Assembly: GCA_965202805.1 (NCBI GenBank)
Contig: OZ241869.1
Coordinates: 3,776,001 to 3,840,000, forward strand
Direction of reading: 5' to 3'
Length of the DNA stretch: 64,000 bases
Origin: Longimicrobiales bacterium
GTDB taxonomy: Bacteria > Gemmatimonadota > Gemmatimonadetes > Longimicrobiales > Gaopeijiaceae
The first letter of the stretch is position 1. Every line of letters starts with the position of its first letter. The notes below the pieces were generated by a model. The model saw nothing but the letters and a program-made list of their open reading frames with translations, made no database searches and was not told where the DNA came from. This document shows positions 12,142-21,784 of the stretch, piece by piece. Position numbers and translations under genes: made by a program.

Positions 12142-12659
12142 TGGCCAGAAAAAGGGGTACGGACCGCGACCGCTCGCGTGAGAGCGAACTTGTCGAGAAC
12201 GTCATCCACATCAATCGGGTCGCGAAGGTGGTGAAGGGCGGACGCCGCTTCTCGTTCACCGCGCTGGTCTCGGTGGGCGACCAGAAGGGCAACATGGGCG
12301 TGGCGCTGGCCAAGGCGAGCGACGTTGCGGAGGCCATCCGCAAGGCGTTCGAACGAGCGCGGCGCAACATGCAGCACGTGTCGATCGTACGCGGTACCCT
12401 CCCCCATGAGATCATCGGCCATTGGGGCGCCGGAAGGGTGCTCCTGCGTCCGGCGGCGCCCGGGACCGGCGTGATCGCCGGCGGTCCGGTTCGCGCGGTG
12501 CTGGAGGCCGCGGGGGTCACCGACGTCCTGACCAAGAGTCTCGGCTCGAACAACCCCATCAACGTGGTGAAGGCGACGCTGAACGGCCTGGGACGACTGG
12601 CCACGCCCGAGCAGGTCGCCCGCGAACGGGGCATCAGCGTCGAAGAGCTGGGAGGATAG
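12141..12659 (+). CDS. rpsE: 30S ribosomal protein S5
   Basis: [16 protein letters not shown]...PGTGVIAGG...[12 protein letters not shown]. Confidence 0.99.
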   Translation: MARKRGTDRDRSRESELVENVIHINRVAKVVKGGRRFSFTALVSVGDQKGNMGVALAKASDVAEAIRKAFERARRNMQHVSIVRGTLPHEIIGHWGAGRVLLRPAAPGTGVIAGGPVRAVLEAAGVTDVLTKSLGSNNPINVVKATLNGLGRLATPEQVARERGISVEELGG

Positions 12660-12662
12660 ACC

Positions 12663-12857
12663 GTGTCCGACACACCCCGGAAGATCCGGATCAGGCAGGT
12701 GCGCAGCGGCATCGGAAGGCTCAGCACGCACCGGCGGACCTTGCGTGCCCTGGGGATCCGCAGGCACCAGCAGTCGGTTGTCCACACGGATACCGCGGCC
12801 ATCCGGGGCATGATCCGAAGGGTCAGCCACCTGGTGGAAGTCACCGAAGTTACCTAA
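12663..12857 (+). CDS. rpmD: 50S ribosomal protein L30
   Basis: RSGIGR...TLRALG...[12 protein letters not shown]. Confidence 0.97.
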   Translation: MSDTPRKIRIRQVRSGIGRLSTHRRTLRALGIRRHQQSVVHTDTAAIRGMIRRVSHLVEVTEVT

Positions 12858-12875
12858 CGGACGGAGATCGCACCG

Positions 12876-13325
12876 ATGTCAGAACTTCACCGGCTGAGCC
12901 CCGTACCGGGATCACGCAAGGCGCGCAGGCGCGTCGGGCGCGGACCCGGCTCCGGGCTGGGCAAGACCGCCGGCAGGGGACACAACGGTCAGAAGTCCAG
13001 GAGTGGCGGCACCGTTCCCGCCTGGTTCGAGGGCGGTCAGATGCCCCTGCAGCGGCGCATCCCCAAGCGGGGATTCAAGAACCGGGGGCGCGTCGAGTAC
13101 GCGGTCATCAACGTCGGCGACCTGAACCGGCTGGACACCGGCCGGATCACCTTGCAGGCGCTCGTCGAGGCCGGTGTGGCCGGCGGTGGCCGCAAGCCGG
13201 TGAAGGTGCTCGGAACGGGCGAAGCGGAGCGGGCGATGCATGTCGAGGCGCACGCGTTCAGCGCGTCCGCGCGCCGCAAGATCGAGGCCGCCGGAGGCAC
13301 GGTCACCGTGTCCGGCACGCGCTGA
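12876..13325 (+). CDS. rplO: 50S ribosomal protein L15
   Basis: GRGPGSGLGKTAGRGHNGQKSRSG...FEGGQMPL. Confidence 0.99.
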   Translation: MSELHRLSPVPGSRKARRRVGRGPGSGLGKTAGRGHNGQKSRSGGTVPAWFEGGQMPLQRRIPKRGFKNRGRVEYAVINVGDLNRLDTGRITLQALVEAGVAGGGRKPVKVLGTGEAERAMHVEAHAFSASARRKIEAAGGTVTVSGTR

Positions 13326-13351
13326 CGTCAAACCGCGAGACAAGGTAAAGG

Positions 13352-14665
13352 ATGGCCAACCCGATTCCCAATCTGTTCCGGGTCCCGGAACTGAAGCAGA
13401 AGATCCTCTTCACGCTGTTCATCCTTCTCGTCTACAGGCTGGGGGCGCACATCACCGTGCCCGGCCTCGATGTGAACATCCTGCGGCAGCAGTTCGGGCA
13501 GCTGAGCAATACGCTGTTCGGGATCTACGACATGTTCGTGGGGGGTGGCCTCAGCCGGGCCACGATCCTGGCGCTCGGCATCATGCCCTATATCTCGGCC
13601 TCGATCATGTTCCAGCTGCTCTCCGCCGTGGTTCCCACGGTCGAGAAGCTGCAGAAGGAAGGAGAGCAGGGGCGCAAGAAGCTCACCCAGTGGACGCGCT
13701 ACACGACGGTCGTGCTGTCCATCATCCAGGCCTACGGCTACGCGGTGTTCCTGTCCAGCATTCCCGGCGCGGTGCGGACCCCCGGCCTGCTGTTCATGTT
13801 CACCACCGTCATTGCGCTCACCGTAGGCGCCGTGTTCGTCATGTGGCTGGGAGAGCAGATTACGGAACACGGCATCGGCAACGGCATGTCGCTGCTGATC
13901 TTCTTCTCCATCATCGAGGGATTCCCGGCGGCGATCGGCCGGACCTGGGAGTCGTTCGTGGTCGGAGAGATCAGCGTGGTCGGCCTTGCCGCGCTCGGGG
14001 CCGTGGTCGTGGGGGTCACCGCGGGGGTGGTGGCAATGACCATGGCGGCCCGCAAGATCCCGGTTCAGATACCACGCAAGGTGATGGGGCGCGGGCGTAT
14101 CCGCGAAGGGCAGAAGAGCTTCGTTCCGCTGCGCGTGAATTCGGCGGGCGTCATGCCGATCATCTTCGCACAGTCGTTCATCATCGTGCCGGGCACGCTC
14201 GCGGCCTTCTCGAGCGCCGGCTTTCTGCGCGAGATCTCGGACCTGTTCCAGCCCGGGACCTGGCTCTACTACGGGAGTTACTCCCTCCTGATCCTCTTCT
14301 TCACCTACTTCTACACAGCCATCATCTTCAACCCCGTGGATCTGGCGGAGAACCTGAAGAAGCAGGGGGCGTTCATCCCCGGGGTGAAGCCGGGCGCGCG
14401 CACCGCCGAGTACATCGACAGGATCCTGACGCGCATCACCCTTCCGGGCTCGATCTATCTTGCCATCATCGCGCTGCTGCCCTTCTGGATCTTCGACTGG
14501 TTCAACATCCAGAGCTTCTTCTTCGGGGGCACCAGCCTGCTGATCGTGGTCGGGGTGGGTCTGGACACCGTCCAGCAGGCCCAGCAACACCTGCTTCTTC
14601 GCCACTACGACGGCTTCATGAAGAAGGGACGGGTCAAGATGCGGGGCCGTGGGCGCTACGTCTGA
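13352..14665 (+). CDS. secY: Preprotein translocase subunit SecY
   Basis: ALGIMPYISASI, GIGNGMSL, AGVMPIIFA, IPGVKPG, GGTSLLIVVGV. Confidence 0.99.
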   Translation: MANPIPNLFRVPELKQKILFTLFILLVYRLGAHITVPGLDVNILRQQFGQLSNTLFGIYDMFVGGGLSRATILALGIMPYISASIMFQLLSAVVPTVEKLQKEGEQGRKKLTQWTRYTTVVLSIIQAYGYAVFLSSIPGAVRTPGLLFMFTTVIALTVGAVFVMWLGEQITEHGIGNGMSLLIFFSIIEGFPAAIGRTWESFVVGEISVVGLAALGAVVVGVTAGVVAMTMAARKIPVQIPRKVMGRGRIREGQKSFVPLRVNSAGVMPIIFAQSFIIVPGTLAAFSSAGFLREISDLFQPGTWLYYGSYSLLILFFTYFYTAIIFNPVDLAENLKKQGAFIPGVKPGARTAEYIDRILTRITLPGSIYLAIIALLPFWIFDWFNIQSFFFGGTSLLIVVGVGLDTVQQAQQHLLLRHYDGFMKKGRVKMRGRGRYV

Positions 14666-14707
14666 TGGGCCCCGTCTGAGGGCTGCCCGAGGTCTGCGGC
14701 AAGAACC

Positions 14708-15394
14708 ATGATCGCCGTTTTCCTGGGTCCCCCCGGTGCCGGCAAGGGCACGCAGAGCGCGAAACTCATCCGCGACGTGGGCTTTCGCAAGATCGCCACC
14801 GGGGATCTGCTCCGCGCCGCGCGCCAGGCGGGCACCGAACTGGGTGAGGAGGCCCGGCGCTACATGGACGCGGGGGAACTGGTTCCGGACGAGGTGATCG
14901 TCGCGCTGGTGGAGGAGACCCTCGAGGGACTTCCCGCGGATGCGCCGATTCTCTTCGACGGCTTTCCGCGTACGCTTCCCCAGGCGCGGGCACTGGACGA
15001 GGCGCTCGCGCGCACCGGACGGGCTGTGGAGGGTGTCGTCGTGCTGGACGTGCCCGAGCAGGTGGTACTGCGCAGAATCGGCGGGCGCCGCATCAGCCCG
15101 AACGGGCGGATCTACAACATTCACGACGATCCTCCGCGCGTGGACGGTGTCTGCGACGAGACCGGAGAGGCTCTGATCCATCGGAAGGACGATCGTCCAC
15201 AGACCATACTCCGCCGCCTTCGGGTCTACGGGGCGCAGACGGAACCCATAGTCGCGTACTACGAGGAGAACGGGCCGGTCGTGGCGCGCCTGGACGGCAC
15301 GCAGGGCATCGAAGAAACGTATGGGTCGGTGCGGGCGGTCTTGCGGCGAATATCGGCAGGCGAGTCCGAACGGAGGTCCAACGGAACGACGTGA
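14708..15394 (+). CDS. adk: Adenylate kinase
   Basis: GPPGAGKGTQ, TGDLLR, DGFPRT, RKDD. Confidence 0.98.
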   Translation: MIAVFLGPPGAGKGTQSAKLIRDVGFRKIATGDLLRAARQAGTELGEEARRYMDAGELVPDEVIVALVEETLEGLPADAPILFDGFPRTLPQARALDEALARTGRAVEGVVVLDVPEQVVLRRIGGRRISPNGRIYNIHDDPPRVDGVCDETGEALIHRKDDRPQTILRRLRVYGAQTEPIVAYYEENGPVVARLDGTQGIEETYGSVRAVLRRISAGESERRSNGTT

Positions 15395-16167
15395 TCCGAC
15401 TGAAGAGCGAATCCGAGATCGCCGAAATCGCGCGGGGCGGAGCCATCATCGGCGAACTCCTGGGCGTGCTGGAGGATGTTGTGCGCCCCGGGGTCACGAC
15501 GGCCGAACTCGACCGCCTGTGCGAGGATTTCATCCGCTCCCACGACGGCGCGATTCCGGCGTTCAAGGGACTGTACGGCTTCCCCGGCGCCGTGTGCACC
15601 TCGACCAATGCGGAAGTCGTGCACGGGATTCCCAGCCCGCGCCGCATTCTCGCGGACGGTGACATTCTTTCGCTGGATGTGGGCGTCAAGCTCAACGGGT
15701 GGTGCTCGGATTCGGCGAGCACGTTCACGGTAGGGGAGGTGGACGCGGCGACCCGCCGGCTGCTGGAGGTCACGAGAAAGGCGCTGGATCGGGCGATCTC
15801 GGCCGCCGTGCCGGGAAACCACGTCGGCGACATCGGCGCGGCCGTGGAGGCCACGGTCCGTGGTACCGGACTCGCCGTCGTCCGCGACCTGGTCGGCCAC
15901 GGAGTGGGGCGGGAGGTGCACGAAGCGCCCCAGGTGCCCAACTTCGGACGTCCCGGCCAGGGTCCGCGCCTGCTCGGCGGGATGGTTCTCGCGATCGAAC
16001 CCATGCTCAGTGCCGGGACCGCGTCCATCCGCACGCTCGACGACGGATGGACCGTGGTCACCAGCGACGGTTCGCGCTCCGCCCACTTCGAGCACACGGT
16101 AGCCGTCACCGAAAGGGGAGCAAGGGTGCTGACCGCCGCCCCGCGCGCGGTGCCTGCCTCCGCGTGA
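15391..16167 (+). CDS. map: Type I methionine aminopeptidase
   Basis: VVHGIP, SLDVG, DSA, GHGVG..HEAP, IEPM, HFEHT metal ligands. Confidence 0.98.
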   Translation: MIRLKSESEIAEIARGGAIIGELLGVLEDVVRPGVTTAELDRLCEDFIRSHDGAIPAFKGLYGFPGAVCTSTNAEVVHGIPSPRRILADGDILSLDVGVKLNGWCSDSASTFTVGEVDAATRRLLEVTRKALDRAISAAVPGNHVGDIGAAVEATVRGTGLAVVRDLVGHGVGREVHEAPQVPNFGRPGQGPRLLGGMVLAIEPMLSAGTASIRTLDDGWTVVTSDGSRSAHFEHTVAVTERGARVLTAAPRAVPASA

Positions 16168-16192
16168 CGGAATCGCCATGACGGGATCGCCA
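16165..16192 (+). repeat. 14-bp tandem duplication starting at the map stop codon
   Basis: TGACGGAATCGCCA then TGACGGGATCGCCA, one mismatch. Confidence 0.85.
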
Positions 16193-16221
16193 TTGAGTCG
16201 AAACAGGCTTTCGGTTATCTT
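16193..16221 (+). promoter_or_regulatory. sigma70-type promoter for rpmJ and the alpha operon
   Basis: TTGAGT, 17 bp spacer, TATCTT in an AT-rich gap. Confidence 0.65.
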
Positions 16222-16272
16222 TCGATTTCTATGCAGTGAAGCAGACCACCACACCGCCAGGGAGCAGCCGAA

Positions 16273-16389
16273 ATGAAGGTACGGAGCAGCGTGAAGGCCC
16301 TCTGCGAGCACTGCAAGGTGATCCGCAGGCGCGGTGTCGTCCGCGTCATCTGCGCACGCAACCCCCGCTGCAAGCAGCGGCAGGGTTAG
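16273..16389 (+). CDS. rpmJ: 50S ribosomal protein L36 (not in the ORF track)
   Basis: Manual translation [42 protein letters not shown] upstream. Confidence 0.98.
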   Translation: MKVRSSVKALCEHCKVIRRRGVVRVICARNPRCKQRQG

Positions 16390-16417
16390 GAATCTCCCGA
16401 GTTTCGGAACGCGAGCC

Positions 16418-16798
16418 GTGGCACGAATCGCAGGCGTCGATCTTCCGCGAAACAAGCGCGTCGAAGTCGCGCTCACCTACATCTACGGGGTCGGCCCCAC
16501 GCGCGCCAGGGAGATTCTGGACGCGACCGGCGTGGATCCCGACAGGCGCACCTTCAACCTCAGTGACGAGGATGTCAGCCGGCTGCGCAGGCAGATCGAA
16601 ACGGAGTTGAAGGTCGAGGGCGCGCTCAGGACCGAGGTGTCGATGAACATCAAGCGACTGATGGACATCGGCTGCTACCGCGGATTGCGTCATCGCCGGG
16701 GACTGCCGGTGCGAGGGCAGAGGACGCACACGAACGCCCGCACCCACAAGGGCCGCCGGCGGGCCATCGCCGGCAAGAAGAAGGCTCCCAGGAAATAG
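16418..16798 (+). CDS. rpsM: 30S ribosomal protein S13
   Basis: GTG start, ARIAGVDLP...LTYIYGVG...[17 protein letters not shown]. Confidence 0.99.
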   Translation: MARIAGVDLPRNKRVEVALTYIYGVGPTRAREILDATGVDPDRRTFNLSDEDVSRLRRQIETELKVEGALRTEVSMNIKRLMDIGCYRGLRHRRGLPVRGQRTHTNARTHKGRRRAIAGKKKAPRK

Positions 16799-16816
16799 AG
16801 CCGAGGAAAGACGCGC

Positions 16817-17212
16817 GTGGCAAAGGGACGAAAGCCGGCTCGAGTCCGGCGTGCGAAGAAGGTTGTCGAAGCTGAAGGCGTGGCGCACATCAAGGCGACC
16901 TTCAACAACACGATCATCACCATCACCGATAAGGCGGGGAATACGGTCGTCTGGTCGAGCGCCGGCAAGGCGGGGTTCAAGGGCTCCAAGAAGTCGACCC
17001 CCTTCGCCGCCACCGTTGCCGCCGAGCAGGCCGGGCGGGAAGCCGTGAGCCTCGGGGTCCGGCGCGTAAGCGTGCGCGTGCAGGGGCCCGGGTCGGGCCG
17101 CGAGTCCGCGATACAGGCTCTCTACGCGGCCGGGCTGCACATCATGGCGATCGAAGATGTGACCCCGTTGCCACACAACGGTTGTCGGCCGCCCAAGAAG
17201 CGCCGGGTATAG
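16817..17212 (+). CDS. rpsK: 30S ribosomal protein S11
   Basis: ATFNNTII...[11 protein letters not shown]...GPGSGRE...PHNGCRPPK. Confidence 0.99.
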   Translation: MAKGRKPARVRRAKKVVEAEGVAHIKATFNNTIITITDKAGNTVVWSSAGKAGFKGSKKSTPFAATVAAEQAGREAVSLGVRRVSVRVQGPGSGRESAIQALYAAGLHIMAIEDVTPLPHNGCRPPKKRRV

Positions 17213-17224
17213 GAAGGGAAACGG

Positions 17225-17860
17225 ATGGCGCGGTACACCGGACCTGTTTGCAAGCTTTGCCGTCGGGAAGGGCAGAAGCTCTTCCTGAAGGGCTTGAAGT
17301 GCTACACGGAAAAATGTCCGATCGAGCGCAGGGCATACCCGCCCGGCCAGCACGGTCCCGCACAGGCGCGTCGCCGGAAACGCTCCGACTACGCGGTCCA
17401 GTTGCGCGAAAAGCAGAAGACCAAGCGAATCTACGGGCTGCACGAGAGGCAGTTCCGCAACCTGTTCAACAGGGCGGCACACCAGTCGGGCGTGACCGGG
17501 GAGAACCTGCTGGTGGCCCTCGAGCGGCGGCTGGACAACGTCGTCTTCCGGCTCGGCTTTGCCGCGAGTCGCAGCCAGGCGCGCCAGCTGGTCCGTCATC
17601 GCCACGTCGAGGTCAACGGCCGCATCGTGGACGTGCCCAGCTATGCGGTGGACAGCGGCGACGATATCGCCATCAAGGCCAGGTCGCGCGATCTGGTGCC
17701 GGTTCAGGCCAGCCTCGCATCGCGCGTCCGTCCCGACACCCCCGAATGGCTGGCCGTCGACGAGAAGACGCGGGTCGGGCGAGTGCTGCGGCTCCCGACC
17801 CGCCAGGACGTGCCGATGGCCGTCCAGGAGCAGTTGATCGTGGAGCTGTACTCGAAGTGA
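17225..17860 (+). CDS. rpsD: 30S ribosomal protein S4 (Zn-ribbon C+ form)
   Basis: [35 protein letters not shown]. Confidence 0.99.
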   Translation: MARYTGPVCKLCRREGQKLFLKGLKCYTEKCPIERRAYPPGQHGPAQARRRKRSDYAVQLREKQKTKRIYGLHERQFRNLFNRAAHQSGVTGENLLVALERRLDNVVFRLGFAASRSQARQLVRHRHVEVNGRIVDVPSYAVDSGDDIAIKARSRDLVPVQASLASRVRPDTPEWLAVDEKTRVGRVLRLPTRQDVPMAVQEQLIVELYSK

Positions 17861-17939
17861 GTCAGACTTCCGGAAGCAATCCGGGGGTTGATTTCCCATT
17901 CATCCAACGGATGTTGCCGAATATGCCACGGAGGGGCGC

Positions 17940-18989
17940 GTGGAGATCGATCTGACCGGGCTGGTACTTCCCGAGCACGTCGAGGTGACGGGCTACAGCG
18001 ACGACGGAAAGACAGCGGAGTTCGTCATTCAGCCGCTCGAACGCGGCTATGGCTACACGCTGGGAAATTCCGTCCGCCGAGCTCTGGTTTCGTCGCTGCG
18101 GGGCGCGGCCATATGGGCGTTCCGCATAGAGGGCGTGGTGCACGAACACCAGACCATCCAGGGTGTGGTGGAGGATGTGCATCAGGTCATTCAGAACCTG
18201 AAGGCGCTCGTGCTCACCCTCGACGAAGATGTGGACGACGCCAAGCTCACCGTTCACGTCGACGCTTCGGGACCGGTTACGGTGGCCGACATCAACGCGC
18301 CGCCCTCCGTTGAGGTACTGGATCCGGACCAGCACATTCTCACGCTCGAGGGGGACCGCAGCCTGAGCATGGAGCTCTACGTCAACAAGGGGCGTGGTTT
18401 CGTGCTCTCCGACCAGCATCCCCGTTCGGAGGGATCCCCCGTCGACCTGGTGCCGATCGATGCGATCTACAATCCCGTGCGCCGCGCGAACTTCACGGTC
18501 GAGGAGACCCGGGTCGGCGAGCGCACGGACTTCGACCGGCTTTCGTTCAGAGTGGAAACCGACGGATCCGTTCGTCCCGAGCAGGCGATGGCCAACGCCG
18601 CCGCGCTGGTGCGCAGGTACCTCGAGTACATGCTGAGCTTCAGCGCCAACGGGGCTCCCGAGCCAGCCGCCCCCGGGACGGTCCCGTTGCCCGCGCGCAT
18701 CCGCATGCAGCTTTCGCGTCCCATCGAGGAAGTGACCGAGATCTCGGTGCGATCGCGCAACTCGCTGCAGAAGGAAAACCTCCGCACGCTTGGCGACCTC
18801 GTGCGACGCACCGAAAAGCAGGTCCTCAACATCGACAATTTCGGACAGAAGTCGATGGAGGAACTCCTCGCATTCCTGGACGAACACTCCATCGAACTCG
18901 GAATGCCGCTGACGACCGGCCCGGACGGTGAGTGGTTCCTGGCCGAGAAAGAGGCCGCCTCCGGTTCCGGGGAACCGTCCGGTGACTAG
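17940..18989 (+). CDS. rpoA: RNA polymerase alpha subunit
   Basis: [29 protein letters not shown]-terminal SVRSRN...NFGQKS. Confidence 0.98.
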   Translation: MEIDLTGLVLPEHVEVTGYSDDGKTAEFVIQPLERGYGYTLGNSVRRALVSSLRGAAIWAFRIEGVVHEHQTIQGVVEDVHQVIQNLKALVLTLDEDVDDAKLTVHVDASGPVTVADINAPPSVEVLDPDQHILTLEGDRSLSMELYVNKGRGFVLSDQHPRSEGSPVDLVPIDAIYNPVRRANFTVEETRVGERTDFDRLSFRVETDGSVRPEQAMANAAALVRRYLEYMLSFSANGAPEPAAPGTVPLPARIRMQLSRPIEEVTEISVRSRNSLQKENLRTLGDLVRRTEKQVLNIDNFGQKSMEELLAFLDEHSIELGMPLTTGPDGEWFLAEKEAASGSGEPSGD

Positions 18990-19033
18990 CATCCATCCGC
19001 TGCCGGACAGCGGCGACTGAACCTCGAAGACTC

Positions 19034-19393
19034 ATGCGCCATCGCAAAACCGGACGCAACCTCTCTCGGACCGCCAGCCATCGGCGGGCGGTTCTGCGCA
19101 ACATGGCGACCGCGCTTTTCCGGCACGGCAGAATCGAAACCACGACCGCGAAGGCGAAGGAACTCCGCCCCTACGCGGAGCGCCTGATTACGCTCGCCAA
19201 GCGGGGCGATCTCCACGCCCGCAGGCTCGTTGCGCGAAAGATCGCGGATCGAGATGTTCAGGGAATGTTGTTCGACGAGATCGCTCCGGGTTTTGCCCGC
19301 CGTCCCGGCGGGTATACGCGCATCCTCAAGCTGCGCCACCGCAGGGGCGATGCGGCCGAGATGGCTCTCATCGAACTCGTGGAACGAGACTAA
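19034..19393 (+). CDS. rplQ: 50S ribosomal protein L17
   Basis: MRHRK...[12 protein letters not shown]...RPGGYTRI...RGDAA. Confidence 0.99.
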   Translation: MRHRKTGRNLSRTASHRRAVLRNMATALFRHGRIETTTAKAKELRPYAERLITLAKRGDLHARRLVARKIADRDVQGMLFDEIAPGFARRPGGYTRILKLRHRRGDAAEMALIELVERD

Positions 19394-19417
19394 CTTCAAA
19401 CGCGGGGGCACCGGACC

Positions 19418-20002
19418 ATGCTCGATCTCGGATCACGCCGGGGCGCGGCCGAAAAGGCGGCACTTCCACTCATGATCGTGGCCTTCCTGGGCATCGCGGG
19501 GTTTCTCTACTGGCTCAACGTTACGGCGGTCGGGACGACCACCGCAGTGGTGACCGCCCCCGAGGAGGATCCGTTCGCCGACGCCATCCCCATCACCGCG
19601 TCGTCGCTGGAGACGAACCCGCTGCAGTTCGAGGGGGCGCTCCTGCGGGTCCCGGACGTCACCGTGGTCAGCCGCGTGGGTGACCAGGCCTTCTGGACCC
19701 AGCTGCCCAACGAGGAGAATTTCTTCGTCAAGATGGGACCGGAGTTGACCGGCGATTCCGTGCCGGTGACGGTTTCTTCCGGTGAGACCGCCAGTTTCGT
19801 GGTGGGTACGCTGCGCATCATGAACGACAGCACGCTGGATGCCTGGGAGGGCCAGGGAGCGTTCGAGAACACCCCGACGGGCCGCCTGGAGGCCGAATTC
19901 GCGGACATTTTCCTGGAACTGGTCCACTTCGAGCCGAGTGCGCCGGAGGCGGAGGAGACCGGGGCGGAGGAGTCTGCGCCGCCGGGAGGCGGTTCCGAGT
20001 AG
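19418..20002 (+). CDS. Hypothetical protein with one N-terminal TM helix and an acidic exported domain
   Basis: 194 aa ORF fills the rplQ-rpmB gap; hydrophobic [20 protein letters not shown]-ending codons like neighbours. Confidence 0.85.
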   Translation: MLDLGSRRGAAEKAALPLMIVAFLGIAGFLYWLNVTAVGTTTAVVTAPEEDPFADAIPITASSLETNPLQFEGALLRVPDVTVVSRVGDQAFWTQLPNEENFFVKMGPELTGDSVPVTVSSGETASFVVGTLRIMNDSTLDAWEGQGAFENTPTGRLEAEFADIFLELVHFEPSAPEAEETGAEESAPPGGGSE

Positions 20003-20090
20003 CCCTTGGCGCGCGCGCCGCAAGGGGCGGTCGCGCGACCACAGGACAACGAGAGGTTCCGCTTCGGCGGTGAACGGATCAGGCGAGCAG

Positions 20091-20309
20091 ATGGCGAAAG
20101 TATGTAAACTGTGCGACAAGCGGCCGGCGACCGGCAACAACGTGAGCCACGCCCACAACAAGAGCCGGCGCCGGTGGCTTCCGAACCTCCAGACCGTGCG
20201 CGTCCTCGACGACAGCGGACGGCGCCGAAAGGTCCGCGTGTGCACCCGTTGCATTTCCGCCGGAATGGTCAGGAAGGCGCCGCGCCTGCGGTCGCGCGCG
20301 AAAGCCTGA
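20091..20309 (+). CDS. rpmB: 50S ribosomal protein L28 (Cys-containing form)
   Basis: [10 protein letters not shown]...[20 protein letters not shown]...VCTRCI; ATG 20091. Confidence 0.98.
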   Translation: MAKVCKLCDKRPATGNNVSHAHNKSRRRWLPNLQTVRVLDDSGRRRKVRVCTRCISAGMVRKAPRLRSRAKA

Positions 20310-20367
20310 CCGGGTTCCCTTCCCCCGAGCGCCCGGTCGGGGCGGTCCGGAAGTCCGGATCCGGGGC

Positions 20368-21717
20368 ATGAACGACCACACGCGGGACCCGATGCCGGAG
20401 CACTTCCGTTCCGGCGACTTCACCATGGGAGTGGTCGGGCTCGGTTACGTTGGACTGCCCCTTGCCGCCATCGTCGGCGAAGCCGGGATACGCGTCATCG
20501 GCTTCGATGTCGACGAGTCCGTCGTGAACGGGATCAACGCGGGCGCGAGCCATATCGGCGACGTGCCCTCGAGTCGCCTGGCTGCGCTCACGGGGGAAGG
20601 CGTGCTCCGCGCGACCGCGGACATGTCGCGCCTTCCCGAGTGCGATGTCATCGCGATCAGCGTCCCGACTCCGTTGTCGAAGACCCGCGATCCCGACATC
20701 TCCTTCATCCTGGCGGCCGCGTCCTCGGTTGCCGCGGGCTTGCGACCCGGCCAGCTGGTCGTGCTGGAGTCCACCACCTATCCCGGCACGACCCGGGAGG
20801 TAGTGCTCGGAGAACTGGCGAAGAGCGGCCTGGTGGTGGGGGAGGACTTCTTCCTCTGTTTTTCTCCGGAGCGGGTGGATCCGGGGAACCAGGTCTGGAC
20901 GACGCGCAACACGCCCAAGGTGATCGGGGGCGTGACTTCCCGGTGCACGGCGGCCGGAGAGGCGTTCTACAGCCGCTTCATCGACCGCATGGTGCCGGTG
21001 TCGAGCGCGGAGGTGGCTGAACTCAGCAAGATCCTGGAGAACACCTTCCGAGCCGTGAACATCGGGCTGGTGAACGAGACCGCCCTTATCGCCGATCGAC
21101 TGGGCGTGGACATCTGGGAGGTGGTCGAGGCGGCCGCCACCAAGCCCTTCGGGTTCATGCGCTTCGTCCCGGGTCCCGGCCTCGGGGGACACTGCATCCC
21201 CGTCGATCCCCACTATCTGTCCTGGAAGATGCGCACGCTCGATTTCCGCACGCGCTTCATCGAACTGGCGTCGGAGATCAACGCGAGCATGCCGCGCTTC
21301 GTCGTCGATCAGGTTCGCGACGCGCTGAACGCCGAGGGCAGCGCGGTCAGGGATTCCACCGTGGTGATTCTGGGAGTCGCGTACAAGAAGGACATCGACG
21401 ACGTACGGGAATCTCCGGCGCTCTACATCATCGAGCTGCTGGAGGAAGCGGGCGCCCGCGTCCTCTACCACGATCCCCATGTGCCGTCCCTCAACGACGA
21501 GCGGACCGGACTGCGCGAATCGGTCGCGCTGACGCCTTCGCTGCTGGGCAAGGCGGACGTGGTGTTGATCCTTACCGACCACTCCTGCTTCGACATGCGC
21601 GAAATCGTCGCGAAGTCGAAGGTGCTGGTGGACGCCCGCAACGCCACTGCGGGAACGAAGGCGCGGGCAGCTTCCCGCCGCGGGGTGGGGTGGATCCTGA
21701 AGGGTGGCCTCGCGTAA
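20368..21717 (+). CDS. Nucleotide-sugar 6-dehydrogenase (UDP-GlcNAc/UDP-ManNAc dehydrogenase, WbpA/WecC-like)
   Basis: GLGYVG Rossmann motif, LESTTYPG, SPERVDPGN, KILENTFRAVNI, GGHCIPVDP. Confidence 0.93.
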   Translation: MNDHTRDPMPEHFRSGDFTMGVVGLGYVGLPLAAIVGEAGIRVIGFDVDESVVNGINAGASHIGDVPSSRLAALTGEGVLRATADMSRLPECDVIAISVPTPLSKTRDPDISFILAAASSVAAGLRPGQLVVLESTTYPGTTREVVLGELAKSGLVVGEDFFLCFSPERVDPGNQVWTTRNTPKVIGGVTSRCTAAGEAFYSRFIDRMVPVSSAEVAELSKILENTFRAVNIGLVNETALIADRLGVDIWEVVEAAATKPFGFMRFVPGPGLGGHCIPVDPHYLSWKMRTLDFRTRFIELASEINASMPRFVVDQVRDALNAEGSAVRDSTVVILGVAYKKDIDDVRESPALYIIELLEEAGARVLYHDPHVPSLNDERTGLRESVALTPSLLGKADVVLILTDHSCFDMREIVAKSKVLVDARNATAGTKARAASRRGVGWILKGGLA

Positions 21718-21784
21718 CCGCCCTGCCCGGCGCGACGCGGCCTGCGTCCCGGAACCTGTGGGGCGCGAGCCCGGTAGGGGACGC

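Noticed and set aside
16236..16610. 124-aa ORF in the map-rpsM gap as a possible infA
   Set aside because: No IF-1 motifs; it overlaps rpmJ and rpsM out of frame
17861..17939. AT-richer rpsD-rpoA spacer with TTGATT
   Set aside because: No convincing -10 at 16-18 bp spacing
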